Shown piece after piece: positions 46,790-55,179 of a DNA stretch of 64,000 nt; within the stretch, counting starts at the first letter, position 1, and each line of letters starts with the position of its first letter. Under the pieces are notes generated by a model. That model was not told the DNA's origin and ran no database searches. It saw only the letters and a list, made by a program, of their open reading frames with translations. The stretch comes from Deltaproteobacteria bacterium (GTDB taxonomy: Bacteria; Desulfobacterota; Desulfobacteria; Desulfobacterales; Desulfobacteraceae). A program made the translations under genes and the position numbers. The DNA lies in the NCBI GenBank assembly GCA_027858995.1, contig JAQIBP010000072.1, positions 6,614 through 70,613 of the forward strand, given 5' to 3'.

Positions 46790-47871
46790 TAATTTTCTCC
46801 ACTTTTTTCAATTTCAATATTTTCAATTTCCATCAACAGTTGCTCCACAAGTTTATCCTGATCTATTTTTCGAATTACTTTTCCTTTTTTAAACAAAATA
46901 CCCTTACCATCCCCTCCTGCAATACCAATATCTGCCTCTTTTGCCTCCCCGGGTCCATTTACAACACAACCCATAATGGCAACTTTAATCTTTGATGAGT
47001 GGTCAAGTAAAGCTTTTTCTGTCTCCCTGGCTATTTTAAAAAGATCAATCCTGCATCTGCCGCATGTGGGGCATGAAATAAGTTCAGGTCCCCGGCTTCT
47101 GATTCCAAGTGCCCGTAATATTTCATAACCTGTTCTTATCTCCTCCACAGGATCCCTTGTCAAAGAGACCCGCATTGTATCTCCAAGCCCTTCTGTTAGA
47201 AGCATACCAATGCCAATGGCAGATTTTGTAATACCGGCATAAAGCCCGCCTGCTTCTGTTACCCCGACATGGAACGGAACATCAGTTTGTGATGCCAGAA
47301 GCCTGTAGGCCTTGACAGTGCGCTCCACATCCGAAGCTTTCAGGGATACTTTTATATCATGGAAATCCAAATCTTCAAGAATTTTAATATTTTTCAATGC
47401 ACTCTCCACCATGGCCTGGGCAGTAGTTCCAAGGCGTTTTTCAATATTTTTCTCAAGAGATCCTGCATTTACACCTACTCTTATGGAAATTTTATGCTCT
47501 TTTGCACAATCCACCACAGCCTTGATCTTTTTTTTCTCCCCTATATTTCCGGGGTTTATTCTTAAAGCATTAACACCGGCTTTGGCAGATGCAATTGCAA
47601 GCCTGTAATCAAAATGGATATCTGCTATTATTGGAATAGTGATATCCTGCTTGATTTTTTCAATGGCAAGGGCTGCCTCCATATCCGGCACTGCCACACG
47701 GACAATCTCACACCCTGCCTTTTCAAGGGCAAGTATCTGTTTTATTGTGGCTTGAACATCCTGTGTACGGGTATTAGTCATGGATTGGACTGAAACAGGT
47801 GATTTTGAACCAACCTTTACACTCCCCACACTGATTTGACGTGTTTTCCGTCTTTCTTTAACCAGAGACAT
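46789..47871 (-). CDS. ispG: 4-hydroxy-3-methylbut-2-enyl diphosphate synthase
   Basis: RRKTRQISVGSVKVGSKSPVSVQSMTNT is present, with C-terminal Fe-S cysteines CPTCGRC...GCVVNGPGE. The stop overlaps the proS start (TAATG). Confidence 0.95.
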   Translation of the reverse strand: MSLVKERRKTRQISVGSVKVGSKSPVSVQSMTNTRTQDVQATIKQILALEKAGCEIVRVAVPDMEAALAIEKIKQDITIPIIADIHFDYRLAIASAKAGVNALRINPGNIGEKKKIKAVVDCAKEHKISIRVGVNAGSLEKNIEKRLGTTAQAMVESALKNIKILEDLDFHDIKVSLKASDVERTVKAYRLLASQTDVPFHVGVTEAGGLYAGITKSAIGIGMLLTEGLGDTMRVSLTRDPVEEIRTGYEILRALGIRSRGPELISCPTCGRCRIDLFKIARETEKALLDHSSKIKVAIMGCVVNGPGEAKEADIGIAGGDGKGILFKKGKVIRKIDQDKLVEQLLMEIENIEIEKSGEN

Positions 47872-47905
47872 TATATTCTGTTTTCCTATTTATTAAAGGC
47901 AGAAC

Positions 47906-48048
47906 GACAGGCTGTTACACAACACCAATTTTCCCAATTTCTTCGTTGGAAAAATAAATTTAATCCTCGGAATACTGCATGTATGCCTGTGGTTAAATTT
48001 ATTTTCCGCCTTGAACTTGAAAAAATTTGCATTATGTAACAACCTGTC
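47906..48048. repeat. Nested-palindromic ~143-nt element, copy B, between the cob operon end and the ispG start
   Basis: The termini are GACAGGCTGTTACA / TGTAACAACCTGTC and the body matches 18372-18515. The single terminal-stem mismatch becomes G.U in minus-strand RNA. Confidence 0.8.
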
Positions 48049-48103
48049 ACCTAAATTTCTTTCTTTTCTATATAAACATAATAACATTTTGTCATAAAAT
48101 CCA

Positions 48104-48937
48104 TCATATTTTTTTGCAAAAAATTTTTGAGAGAAAAATCAAAGATTTATTCAGGTTCTCAAGATTGAAGACTTCAAGACTTACCACCCCTGTATAATCA
48201 CATAACATTTTTTGAACCTGGCTTACATATTGTTTTGGCAGTTTATCAAGGCTTGTGTGATCTTTGATATGCTGTCCTGAAAAATCTACGCCATGCAGGT
48301 GAATTACAGGTGTTCTCAGTCTGTGTTTGTCAAAGGTTTCTAAAAGGCTATAGCCATATTTTATCTGATGCCCTGCATCAATGCAGACAGACATGGAAAA
48401 TTCTTCTATAAAAAATTCGACAAAACTAAAAGGATAATCCAGAGTTTCAATGGAGATAATTTCAGGGTTTGCAACTCTGAAGAGTATTGAGTCAAGACTT
48501 TGTCGTATGTTATACTGCCAGTGCTTCATTTTTTTTTGACTTTGAATATCATTTTTAATATCTTGCGGCATATCAAGGTGAAGAGTGAAGGTGCTGGGGG
48601 TTAAAGAAGCAAAAAGCTCCATGACTTGCAAAATAGTGTCCGAGGCTTTCAATCTTTTTATTGTTGATTCACTGGAGAGACTCATATCAATGGGAAGATG
48701 GATATTATAGGTAAGGTTATGCTCATGGGACAGGTTTAAAAGTTCTTTTATATCATCTTCTGTGGGCAGAACTTCTTTGGGATGACTTTCAAAAACAAGA
48801 AGTTCAATTTCATCAAAAAACCTGCCCAGTTTTTTTACGTTGGGAACAATATGATCCGGAAAAATAAATGATGTTGTTCCTAATTTAAAAGGTTTTGCAG
48901 GCAGCATGGTACTATTGTGTTGGTTAAAATCTATCAT
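48104..48937 (-). CDS. Xylose-isomerase-like/AP-endonuclease-2 TIM-barrel protein; candidate cobamide-remodelling phosphodiesterase (CbiR-like)
   Basis: The TIM-barrel pattern is LGTTSFIF...EIELLVFES...NIHLP...HLD...CIDAGH...HLHGVD. It is the last gene of the cobU-cobS-cobD-cbiB operon, 6 nt after cbiB. Confidence 0.55.
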   Translation of the reverse strand: MIDFNQHNSTMLPAKPFKLGTTSFIFPDHIVPNVKKLGRFFDEIELLVFESHPKEVLPTEDDIKELLNLSHEHNLTYNIHLPIDMSLSSESTIKRLKASDTILQVMELFASLTPSTFTLHLDMPQDIKNDIQSQKKMKHWQYNIRQSLDSILFRVANPEIISIETLDYPFSFVEFFIEEFSMSVCIDAGHQIKYGYSLLETFDKHRLRTPVIHLHGVDFSGQHIKDHTSLDKLPKQYVSQVQKMLCDYTGVVSLEVFNLENLNKSLIFLSKIFCKKI

Positions 48938-48943
48938 CTTTGC

Positions 48944-49897
48944 TTAACCCGTTAAAAAAAGGATAAAACATGAAATAAGAACAGCAAAAAATGATCCCAG
49001 CATCATAAGGTCGCAGGCATGCTTGATTCTGCTTTTTTGAGGAGCTTTAAACTCTTTTCCAATATAGGGTTTTTCAACAATGGATCCATGATAAAAGCTA
49101 GGGCCGCCAAGTCTTATTTTCAAAGCTCCTGCAAAGGCAGCTTCAGGATATCCTGCATTTGGGCTTTTATGCAGATGACCTTGAAAAAATCCAGTTTTAA
49201 AGGATAAAATACCTTTTTCCAACGAGAAAAAAGCAGTGCTTAAGGCTATGATCAAAACAGACAGTCTGGTAGGAATAAAATTGGCAGCATCGTCAATTCT
49301 TGCAGATGCCCTGCCAAAAAAAAGATAGGTATCATTTTTATATCCAACCATTGAATCAAGGGTGTTTATCATTTTATAGGATAGAGCCAATGGTACTCCT
49401 CCTATCATGGCAAAAAAGAGAGGAGATAGAAAACCATCCACAAAATTTTCTGCCACTGTTTCCACCGTGGCCATTGTAACACTGTTTTCATCAAGGGTTT
49501 TAGTCTCTCTTCCCACGATCATGGATAGTTTTTTGCGGGCATCATCAATATTGCCTTTCTTAAGGGCATAAAATACTTTCAGTGATGCTTTTTCAAGACT
49601 TGTTGATGAAAAACAGAAAAACAGCAGGAAGATCTGAATGAAATCACCGAAAAAAGGATGAATATTCATGCTCAGCTTTATTATGATAAAGCTGAGCAGC
49701 CATGTGGAAAAAATCAGAAAACCTGCAAAAAAAAACCCTGAAATCAGAAGGTGTTTGATATGTTTTCTAAACCGGTTTTCAAAAAACTCAATGGCTTTGC
49801 CCATATAAATTACAGGATGGGGTATTTTTGCAGGATCTCCCAGAACAAAATCAAGGATAAAAGCAGTCAGGATTATATACCACTCTATTTCAAACAT
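48944..49897 (-). CDS. cbiB: Adenosylcobinamide-phosphate synthase
   Basis: LDFVLGDPAKIPHPVIYMGKAI is the CbiB/CobD signature, in a polytopic membrane protein. Confidence 0.9.
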   Translation of the reverse strand: MFEIEWYIILTAFILDFVLGDPAKIPHPVIYMGKAIEFFENRFRKHIKHLLISGFFFAGFLIFSTWLLSFIIIKLSMNIHPFFGDFIQIFLLFFCFSSTSLEKASLKVFYALKKGNIDDARKKLSMIVGRETKTLDENSVTMATVETVAENFVDGFLSPLFFAMIGGVPLALSYKMINTLDSMVGYKNDTYLFFGRASARIDDAANFIPTRLSVLIIALSTAFFSLEKGILSFKTGFFQGHLHKSPNAGYPEAAFAGALKIRLGGPSFYHGSIVEKPYIGKEFKAPQKSRIKHACDLMMLGSFFAVLISCFILFLTG

Positions 49898-49898
49898 T

Positions 49899-50975
49899 TT
49901 ATAGAGCCTCTCTTATCAGGTTGGCAAGATTGAGATTATCCTGCCTTGTTTTCAGGGAAAATCGTACATATTCACCTGACAGACCTTCAAAATTGGAACA
50001 ATCCCGGATCAATACCTTATGCCGGCCAATTTCAGCACAAAACTCCTGTGATGTTGTCTTATTTGTCAAACGTGCAAGAATAAAATATGTGCTGGAATCA
50101 AATATTTTCAGTCCTTGAACAGTGCTAAGGTTTTCAAGGAAAATCTGTTTCTCTTTTTTTATGAATGCCCTTGTTTTCTCATAAAAGGGCTCAATTCTTT
50201 CAGGATGATCAAAGATATATTTGATGACTGCCTGGGCAATTGCATTTACACTCCACGGCTGGTAATAAAACATAATCTTGTCGACAATCTTTTCTGTAGC
50301 ACTTAAAAATCCTGTGCGAAGTCCTGGAATTGTGAATATTTTAGACATGGAAGAGAGGACAATAAGATTTTTATATTGAGTTTTTGTCACCATGGAAATA
50401 TCTTCTGCCTGATCTACAAAAGGAAGATATGACTCATCAATGATAAAAATGGTATTTTCATGTTTTTGGATAAGATATTCAAGTTTATCCCTTGGAATAA
50501 TCGACCCTGTTGGATTATTCGGGTTACAGATAAAAACCGCATCTGCATCTTGAGCCAGGTGTGATATCTTATCAATATTAACATCAAACATATCTGACTC
50601 CTTTGCAAAACAGTGTTCAAACAAAACACCATGCATAAGAGAGGCATCTTTGTAATCTGAATAGGTAGGAGCTGCAATGAGCACTTTTTTTGATTTAACA
50701 GCTTTGGGAATGGTATAAATAAACCAGGTTGTGCCATTTCCTGCCATCACATATTTTTCAGCAATTCCATGAAATTTTGCAAATCCTTTTCTCATGGTTA
50801 CTGCATCTGGCTCTGGCAGGCATTGTATTTTAACAAGATTTTCACAAATAATATCTTCTATATTTTCAGGGGGGCCAATAGGGTTTAAATTACTGCTCAT
50901 GTCAATAATTTCATCAATAGAACAGGATAAAATTTTTGCAAGATCCTTAATATTTCCCCCATGCCCAGTAATCAT
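49899..50975 (-). CDS. cobD: Threonine-phosphate decarboxylase (class II aminotransferase fold)
   Basis: HGGNI is at the N-terminus, followed by NPNNPTG and the SMSK PLP-lysine region. Confidence 0.85.
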   Translation of the reverse strand: MITGHGGNIKDLAKILSCSIDEIIDMSSNLNPIGPPENIEDIICENLVKIQCLPEPDAVTMRKGFAKFHGIAEKYVMAGNGTTWFIYTIPKAVKSKKVLIAAPTYSDYKDASLMHGVLFEHCFAKESDMFDVNIDKISHLAQDADAVFICNPNNPTGSIIPRDKLEYLIQKHENTIFIIDESYLPFVDQAEDISMVTKTQYKNLIVLSSMSKIFTIPGLRTGFLSATEKIVDKIMFYYQPWSVNAIAQAVIKYIFDHPERIEPFYEKTRAFIKKEKQIFLENLSTVQGLKIFDSSTYFILARLTNKTTSQEFCAEIGRHKVLIRDCSNFEGLSGEYVRFSLKTRQDNLNLANLIREAL

Positions 50976-51727
50976 TAAATAATCACTGCTCCGGTTGCAA
51001 TGAATAAAACAGCTTCCATTATCTCATTCATGGCGCCCAGCATATCTCCTGTGATACAATTCAATTTCTTTTTATAAAATCCCAGCACCACACAGAGGGT
51101 TCCAAGAAAAACAAAATTTAAAACCAGAGTTTTATAGCCGAGAAAGAGGGAAATCACCATTGGAATCAGAAAAAAAACAAAATCCCTTAATCCAATATCT
51201 TTTTTAAACAGATCAAGACCTGTACCAACCTTGTCTCTTCCATAATTTAAAAATTTTATGCCAAAAATTATTGCAGCTCTTGAATATGCCGGGATTATCA
51301 ATAATAGAATCAAAGTTTGAGAAAGGGTTTCACCTGTTTTGATGGAATAAATCCCTGCTGCTTTAACAGCAAGAATGCAAAATACTGCCACAAGTCCCAT
51401 CATTCCTGTCCTGCTGTCTTTCATAATCTCAAGTGCTCTTGATTTTGATTGGTGGCTGAACATACCATCTGCCGTGTCTCCAAGACCATCAAGATGGAAG
51501 GCTCCTGTCACAACCACAAGAAAAATAACATCCAGAAATGCTGCAACACCAGGTGCCCAAAGCCATGAAACAATCACATCAAAAAGTATAAGGCCTGAAC
51601 CCAGTATCAATCCTACAACAGGAAAAAACTTGATCATACCCTTTGGAGAGTAGGCAACATTTTTTCCGGCAGGAAGAATAGTAATAAATAAAACAGCAGA
51701 TCTAAAATCTGTAAAAATATTTTTCAT
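50975..51727 (-). CDS. cobS: Adenosylcobinamide-GDP ribazoletransferase (cobalamin synthase)
   Basis: FITILP, HLDGLGDTADG and the polytopic membrane layout fit CobS. Confidence 0.9.
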   Translation of the reverse strand: MKNIFTDFRSAVLFITILPAGKNVAYSPKGMIKFFPVVGLILGSGLILFDVIVSWLWAPGVAAFLDVIFLVVVTGAFHLDGLGDTADGMFSHQSKSRALEIMKDSRTGMMGLVAVFCILAVKAAGIYSIKTGETLSQTLILLLIIPAYSRAAIIFGIKFLNYGRDKVGTGLDLFKKDIGLRDFVFFLIPMVISLFLGYKTLVLNFVFLGTLCVVLGFYKKKLNCITGDMLGAMNEIMEAVLFIATGAVII

Positions 51728-52680
51728 GAATTACCATCTTTTATTGTCTGATAAAATATTCCCCGTTCCCGAAGTTTTCCAAGAATAATTTTTTCTTGTT
51801 CAAGCATGGTTATATGCTTTTCCAGAATCTGCGTATCAACACCCAGGAGCTGTAATAGATCCTGTTTTGTACAGGGCCTTCGACTGATGGTCTTAAGAAT
51901 AGCTGCATTTATATTTTTTGTGTCTATTTTCGGGGCAACTTTTATATTGTCATCAATTTTTGCAATAATTGCAATATTATCAAACCCTAAAATCTCCCTC
52001 ACTCTTTCAAGCTCAAGTTTTGATGCAGGCGCAATATCAGACATAGTCCCGGGTCTGTCAAGAGTATTGAGCTGGACCAGATCAGGATCTATTTTTTTTA
52101 TGGCTTCTTTTAAGAGCATCAGATCTGATTCACTGTTATTAAACCCTGGCAGGATAAAAACTTCCAGCCAGATTTCACCCTTGTATTCTCTGGCAAAAAG
52201 TTCAATGCCCTTTAAAATATCAGTAATATTCAAACCTTTATCAGGCCGGTTAATTCTGATAAATGCCTTTTTAGATACTGCATCAAGGGAAGGTATTACA
52301 AGATCTGCCTTTAAAAGTGCCTGCCTGACTGCTGGATCATCAAAAAGGGTTGAATTGGTTAAAACAGCAGTCTTGATATGGGGTTTATTATCCTTGATAT
52401 ATTCAATAATCTGACCTAACCTGTTGTTCAGGGTTGGTTCACCTGCTCCTGAAAAAGTGATATAATCCGGGTCATCATTATGAGTCCAGAAATGATTCAG
52501 CTCTTTTTTTATGTCGCTGAACCTGACATACTCTTTTGTTTCAAGAGTCAAATTTGTAGTTTTTCCGCACTCACAATAGACACAGTCTAAACTGCAGGTC
52601 TTATGTGCAACCAAATCAACTCCAAGAGAAATGCCCAGACGGCGTGATAGAACTGGCCCGAAAATATATTTATATTGCAT
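51724..52680 (-). CDS. Radical SAM protein with a C-terminal winged-helix-like domain, function unknown
   Basis: GPVLSRRLGISLGVDL...CSLDCVYC gives the CX3CX2C motif. A 4-nt overlap couples it to cobS. Confidence 0.8.
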   Translation of the reverse strand: MQYKYIFGPVLSRRLGISLGVDLVAHKTCSLDCVYCECGKTTNLTLETKEYVRFSDIKKELNHFWTHNDDPDYITFSGAGEPTLNNRLGQIIEYIKDNKPHIKTAVLTNSTLFDDPAVRQALLKADLVIPSLDAVSKKAFIRINRPDKGLNITDILKGIELFAREYKGEIWLEVFILPGFNNSESDLMLLKEAIKKIDPDLVQLNTLDRPGTMSDIAPASKLELERVREILGFDNIAIIAKIDDNIKVAPKIDTKNINAAILKTISRRPCTKQDLLQLLGVDTQILEKHITMLEQEKIILGKLRERGIFYQTIKDGNS

Positions 52681-52690
52681 ATTTACTCAT

Positions 52691-53257
52691 CTATTGCCGT
52701 GGTTTTATTTGAACATCAATTCCTGCAATGGTCATAACAACCCTGTCAGCAGCTTTTGCAATCCTCTGGTTGACAAATCCGGCAAAATCTCTGAACTGCC
52801 TTGCTATTTTATTTTCAGGAACAATACCTGTACCAACTTCATTGGAAACAAGGAACACAGGACACCTGCATAATTCAAGTGACTTCACCAGATGTTTCAC
52901 AGCTTTGTCAATTTGATCATGGTCAAAGGATTGCAATAACAGGTTGGATACCCATAATGTCAGGCAGTCCACAAGAATAACACTGGCATCCTTAGAGTAT
53001 TGATTAATTGTCTCATGAATTTTGACAGGCTCTTCAATTGTCTGCCACTCATCCCCCCGCTCATATTGATGTTTTTTTACCCGTTTTTCCATTTCAGAGT
53101 CAACGGGTACAGATGTGGCAATAAAAATTTTGGTTGTCCCCTTTTCTCTGTTGGCATGATCAAGGGCAAAAGAGCTTTTACCGCTTCTGCACCCTCCGAT
53201 CACAAATGTTATTTTTTTTTCCAAAACCAAACTATCCTTATGACCTTTGAATAACAT
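52691..53257 (-). CDS. cobU: Bifunctional adenosylcobinamide kinase/adenosylcobinamide-phosphate guanylyltransferase
   Basis: The P-loop is GGCRSGKSSFA. The ~188 aa size and DCLTLW motif fit CobU. Confidence 0.9.
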   Translation of the reverse strand: MLFKGHKDSLVLEKKITFVIGGCRSGKSSFALDHANREKGTTKIFIATSVPVDSEMEKRVKKHQYERGDEWQTIEEPVKIHETINQYSKDASVILVDCLTLWVSNLLLQSFDHDQIDKAVKHLVKSLELCRCPVFLVSNEVGTGIVPENKIARQFRDFAGFVNQRIAKAADRVVMTIAGIDVQIKPRQ

Positions 53258-53513
53258 TTCCTTAAAATAATAAAACAGGTATTATGCAAATATTCCTCTT
53301 ACTATCATACATTTCAAAATTCAAATCATATCTTATCCTTACATGTTATGGCAACTTAATTTTTCTGGGTTTATACTTTACTTTCAATAGGTATTGATAT
53401 ACTTTTTTTAAAAACAACTTTAACTGTTTTTGAATTTTTAGAGGTGTTACATTAAAAACAGTTAGCAAAACAGCCTTAAACAGCCTATATGTTAGATATT
53501 TAAGGAGGCAGAA

Positions 53514-53792
53514 ATGATAAACCGGGATACAGTCAAGGTGCTTGATCTAAAACCAATTACTCGGGCCATGTGTGATGATTTCTATGCAAAAATCAATTCT
53601 GAATTTAAAACACCTGAAGATATAAAAGAAGCTATATCCAGGTGGCAGGACGATAGTAAAAAAATAAATCATCTATGGTGGGTTTTAAACTATCATTCAG
53701 ATAATCTTGATGCGAACAGAGAACTGCGTGCCTTTATTGAAAGGCATCTCGACAACCTTGCCCAAGACGAAAAAATATCTTTGGAAGAGTGA
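53514..53792 (+). CDS. Hypothetical 92-aa protein
   Basis: A strong SD sequence (AAGGAGG) lies 5 nt upstream of the ATG. No motif was recognised. Confidence 0.5.
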   Translation: MINRDTVKVLDLKPITRAMCDDFYAKINSEFKTPEDIKEAISRWQDDSKKINHLWWVLNYHSDNLDANRELRAFIERHLDNLAQDEKISLEE

Positions 53793-53822
53793 TAACCCTT
53801 TAATCAAAGATAACACCTCTTT

Positions 53823-55025
53823 TTATCGTTCAGCATCAATGCTGGCACTCCATATATCAACTATCTTAATATTTCCAGGATAATCACGAGTACTATAGTG
53901 TGCAATATTGGATAATTTTTTTGTAATTTCTCCAAGCTTGAGTGTCTGTAATTTTATGGAATTGAGTTTATTATCTTTAAGATCATCCGATTTTGAGCTC
54001 ACCAGCAATAATTCTGAATATCCCAAAATAGCTTGGAGGGGTTGATTAATCTCATGGCAGACTGCTCCTGCCATCTCAAGAACCCCTTGAAGCCTCTCTT
54101 TTTCATATCTCTCTTTTTGAGCAAGTTCCCGCTGAGAAATATCAGCAATGATCATAATGGTAGATTCAACAGGGTTCTCAGTGCCAAAACCTGTGATGAT
54201 AACCTGGGCATTGAAAATACTATTATCCCTTTTTTTCAGCTCAAAATCAAAATCTGCCTTTCCACTCTCTTTTAAATCATGCAAGATAATTTTCTCAGCA
54301 TTTTTATAATCAGTTTCTGATTTATAAATTATCTGTACATCATAATTTTCAAAATCTTCTTTTTTTTCATAGCCGAATATTTTATGCATTTCATTGTTTA
54401 CCCACTTAAAAGTCCTGTTTTCCACAAGACAAATTCCCACAGGAGACGATTCAATAATTTGTGTAAGAATATTTCTTTGTTCTGCCAGTTTTTCTTTTGA
54501 CTCTTTTCGTTCAATGGCAAGGGCAATATGCTGGGAAACAGAGTTTAACAAATCCAGATCTTCTTTTCCATAGGCTGTTGATGATTTATAATCCTGAATC
54601 ACAACAGCACCTTTTACACTGTTATTGATAATTAAAGGGGCGCCAAGCCAGATTTCCGGAACAACACCCAAAGGCTCTTTGTTAATATTGCTTACAAAGC
54701 GGAGAATCTCTTCTCTGAAAAACATCTTTGCTGCTTTTTCTCTAATAACCCTGCCGGTTAAAGAGGAGGTTTTACTGAGATTAAAAATTTCTTCGGGATC
54801 ATCATCGTTTTCATCCACATAGTATGGAAAAGTGATGGAATCTCTCCTGACATGATGAAATGCAATAGCAAAGTTATCAACATTAATAATTTCCCCTAAA
54901 GTTTTGTGAATTGCCTTAAACAATTCATTCAAATCAAGGGTATTATTGACTGCTTCAGAGATTTTAAATAAAACTTTAATAATTTTATTTGCATCCCTTT
55001 GCACAGGTTTTTTATTTTTGTCCAT
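53823..55025 (-). CDS. GAF-PAS signalling protein ending in a DHp (HisKA-like) helix pair, without an ATPase domain
   Basis: A GAF-like N-terminus and a PAS domain (ESSPVGICLVE...) are followed by the H-box AGAVCHEINQPLQAILGYSELL. Only about 75 residues follow it. Confidence 0.75.
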   Translation of the reverse strand: MDKNKKPVQRDANKIIKVLFKISEAVNNTLDLNELFKAIHKTLGEIINVDNFAIAFHHVRRDSITFPYYVDENDDDPEEIFNLSKTSSLTGRVIREKAAKMFFREEILRFVSNINKEPLGVVPEIWLGAPLIINNSVKGAVVIQDYKSSTAYGKEDLDLLNSVSQHIALAIERKESKEKLAEQRNILTQIIESSPVGICLVENRTFKWVNNEMHKIFGYEKKEDFENYDVQIIYKSETDYKNAEKIILHDLKESGKADFDFELKKRDNSIFNAQVIITGFGTENPVESTIMIIADISQRELAQKERYEKERLQGVLEMAGAVCHEINQPLQAILGYSELLLVSSKSDDLKDNKLNSIKLQTLKLGEITKKLSNIAHYSTRDYPGNIKIVDIWSASIDAER

Positions 55026-55179
55026 GAAACCCTTTATTTTTGCATATAAACTGGTGTATTACACCTTGTTATGAAGTGGTGTTTTATTTAATAATCTACT
55101 GCAATAGATAGAAATGAATTATAATAATTATGATATAAATGCAATGTCTTATTTTAATAATTATGGGTAAGTGATCTTA

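Noticed and set aside
47836-48087. Track ORFs 47836-48039(+) and 47893-48087(-)
   Set aside because: Both run through palindromic repeat copy B. The mirrored ORFs are a by-product of the element's symmetry.
53258-53513. Looked for a cobalamin riboswitch upstream of cobU
   Set aside because: The region is uniformly AT-rich. There is no B12-box-like GC-rich core (..AGYCMGgAgaCCkGCc..) and no obvious multi-stem junction.
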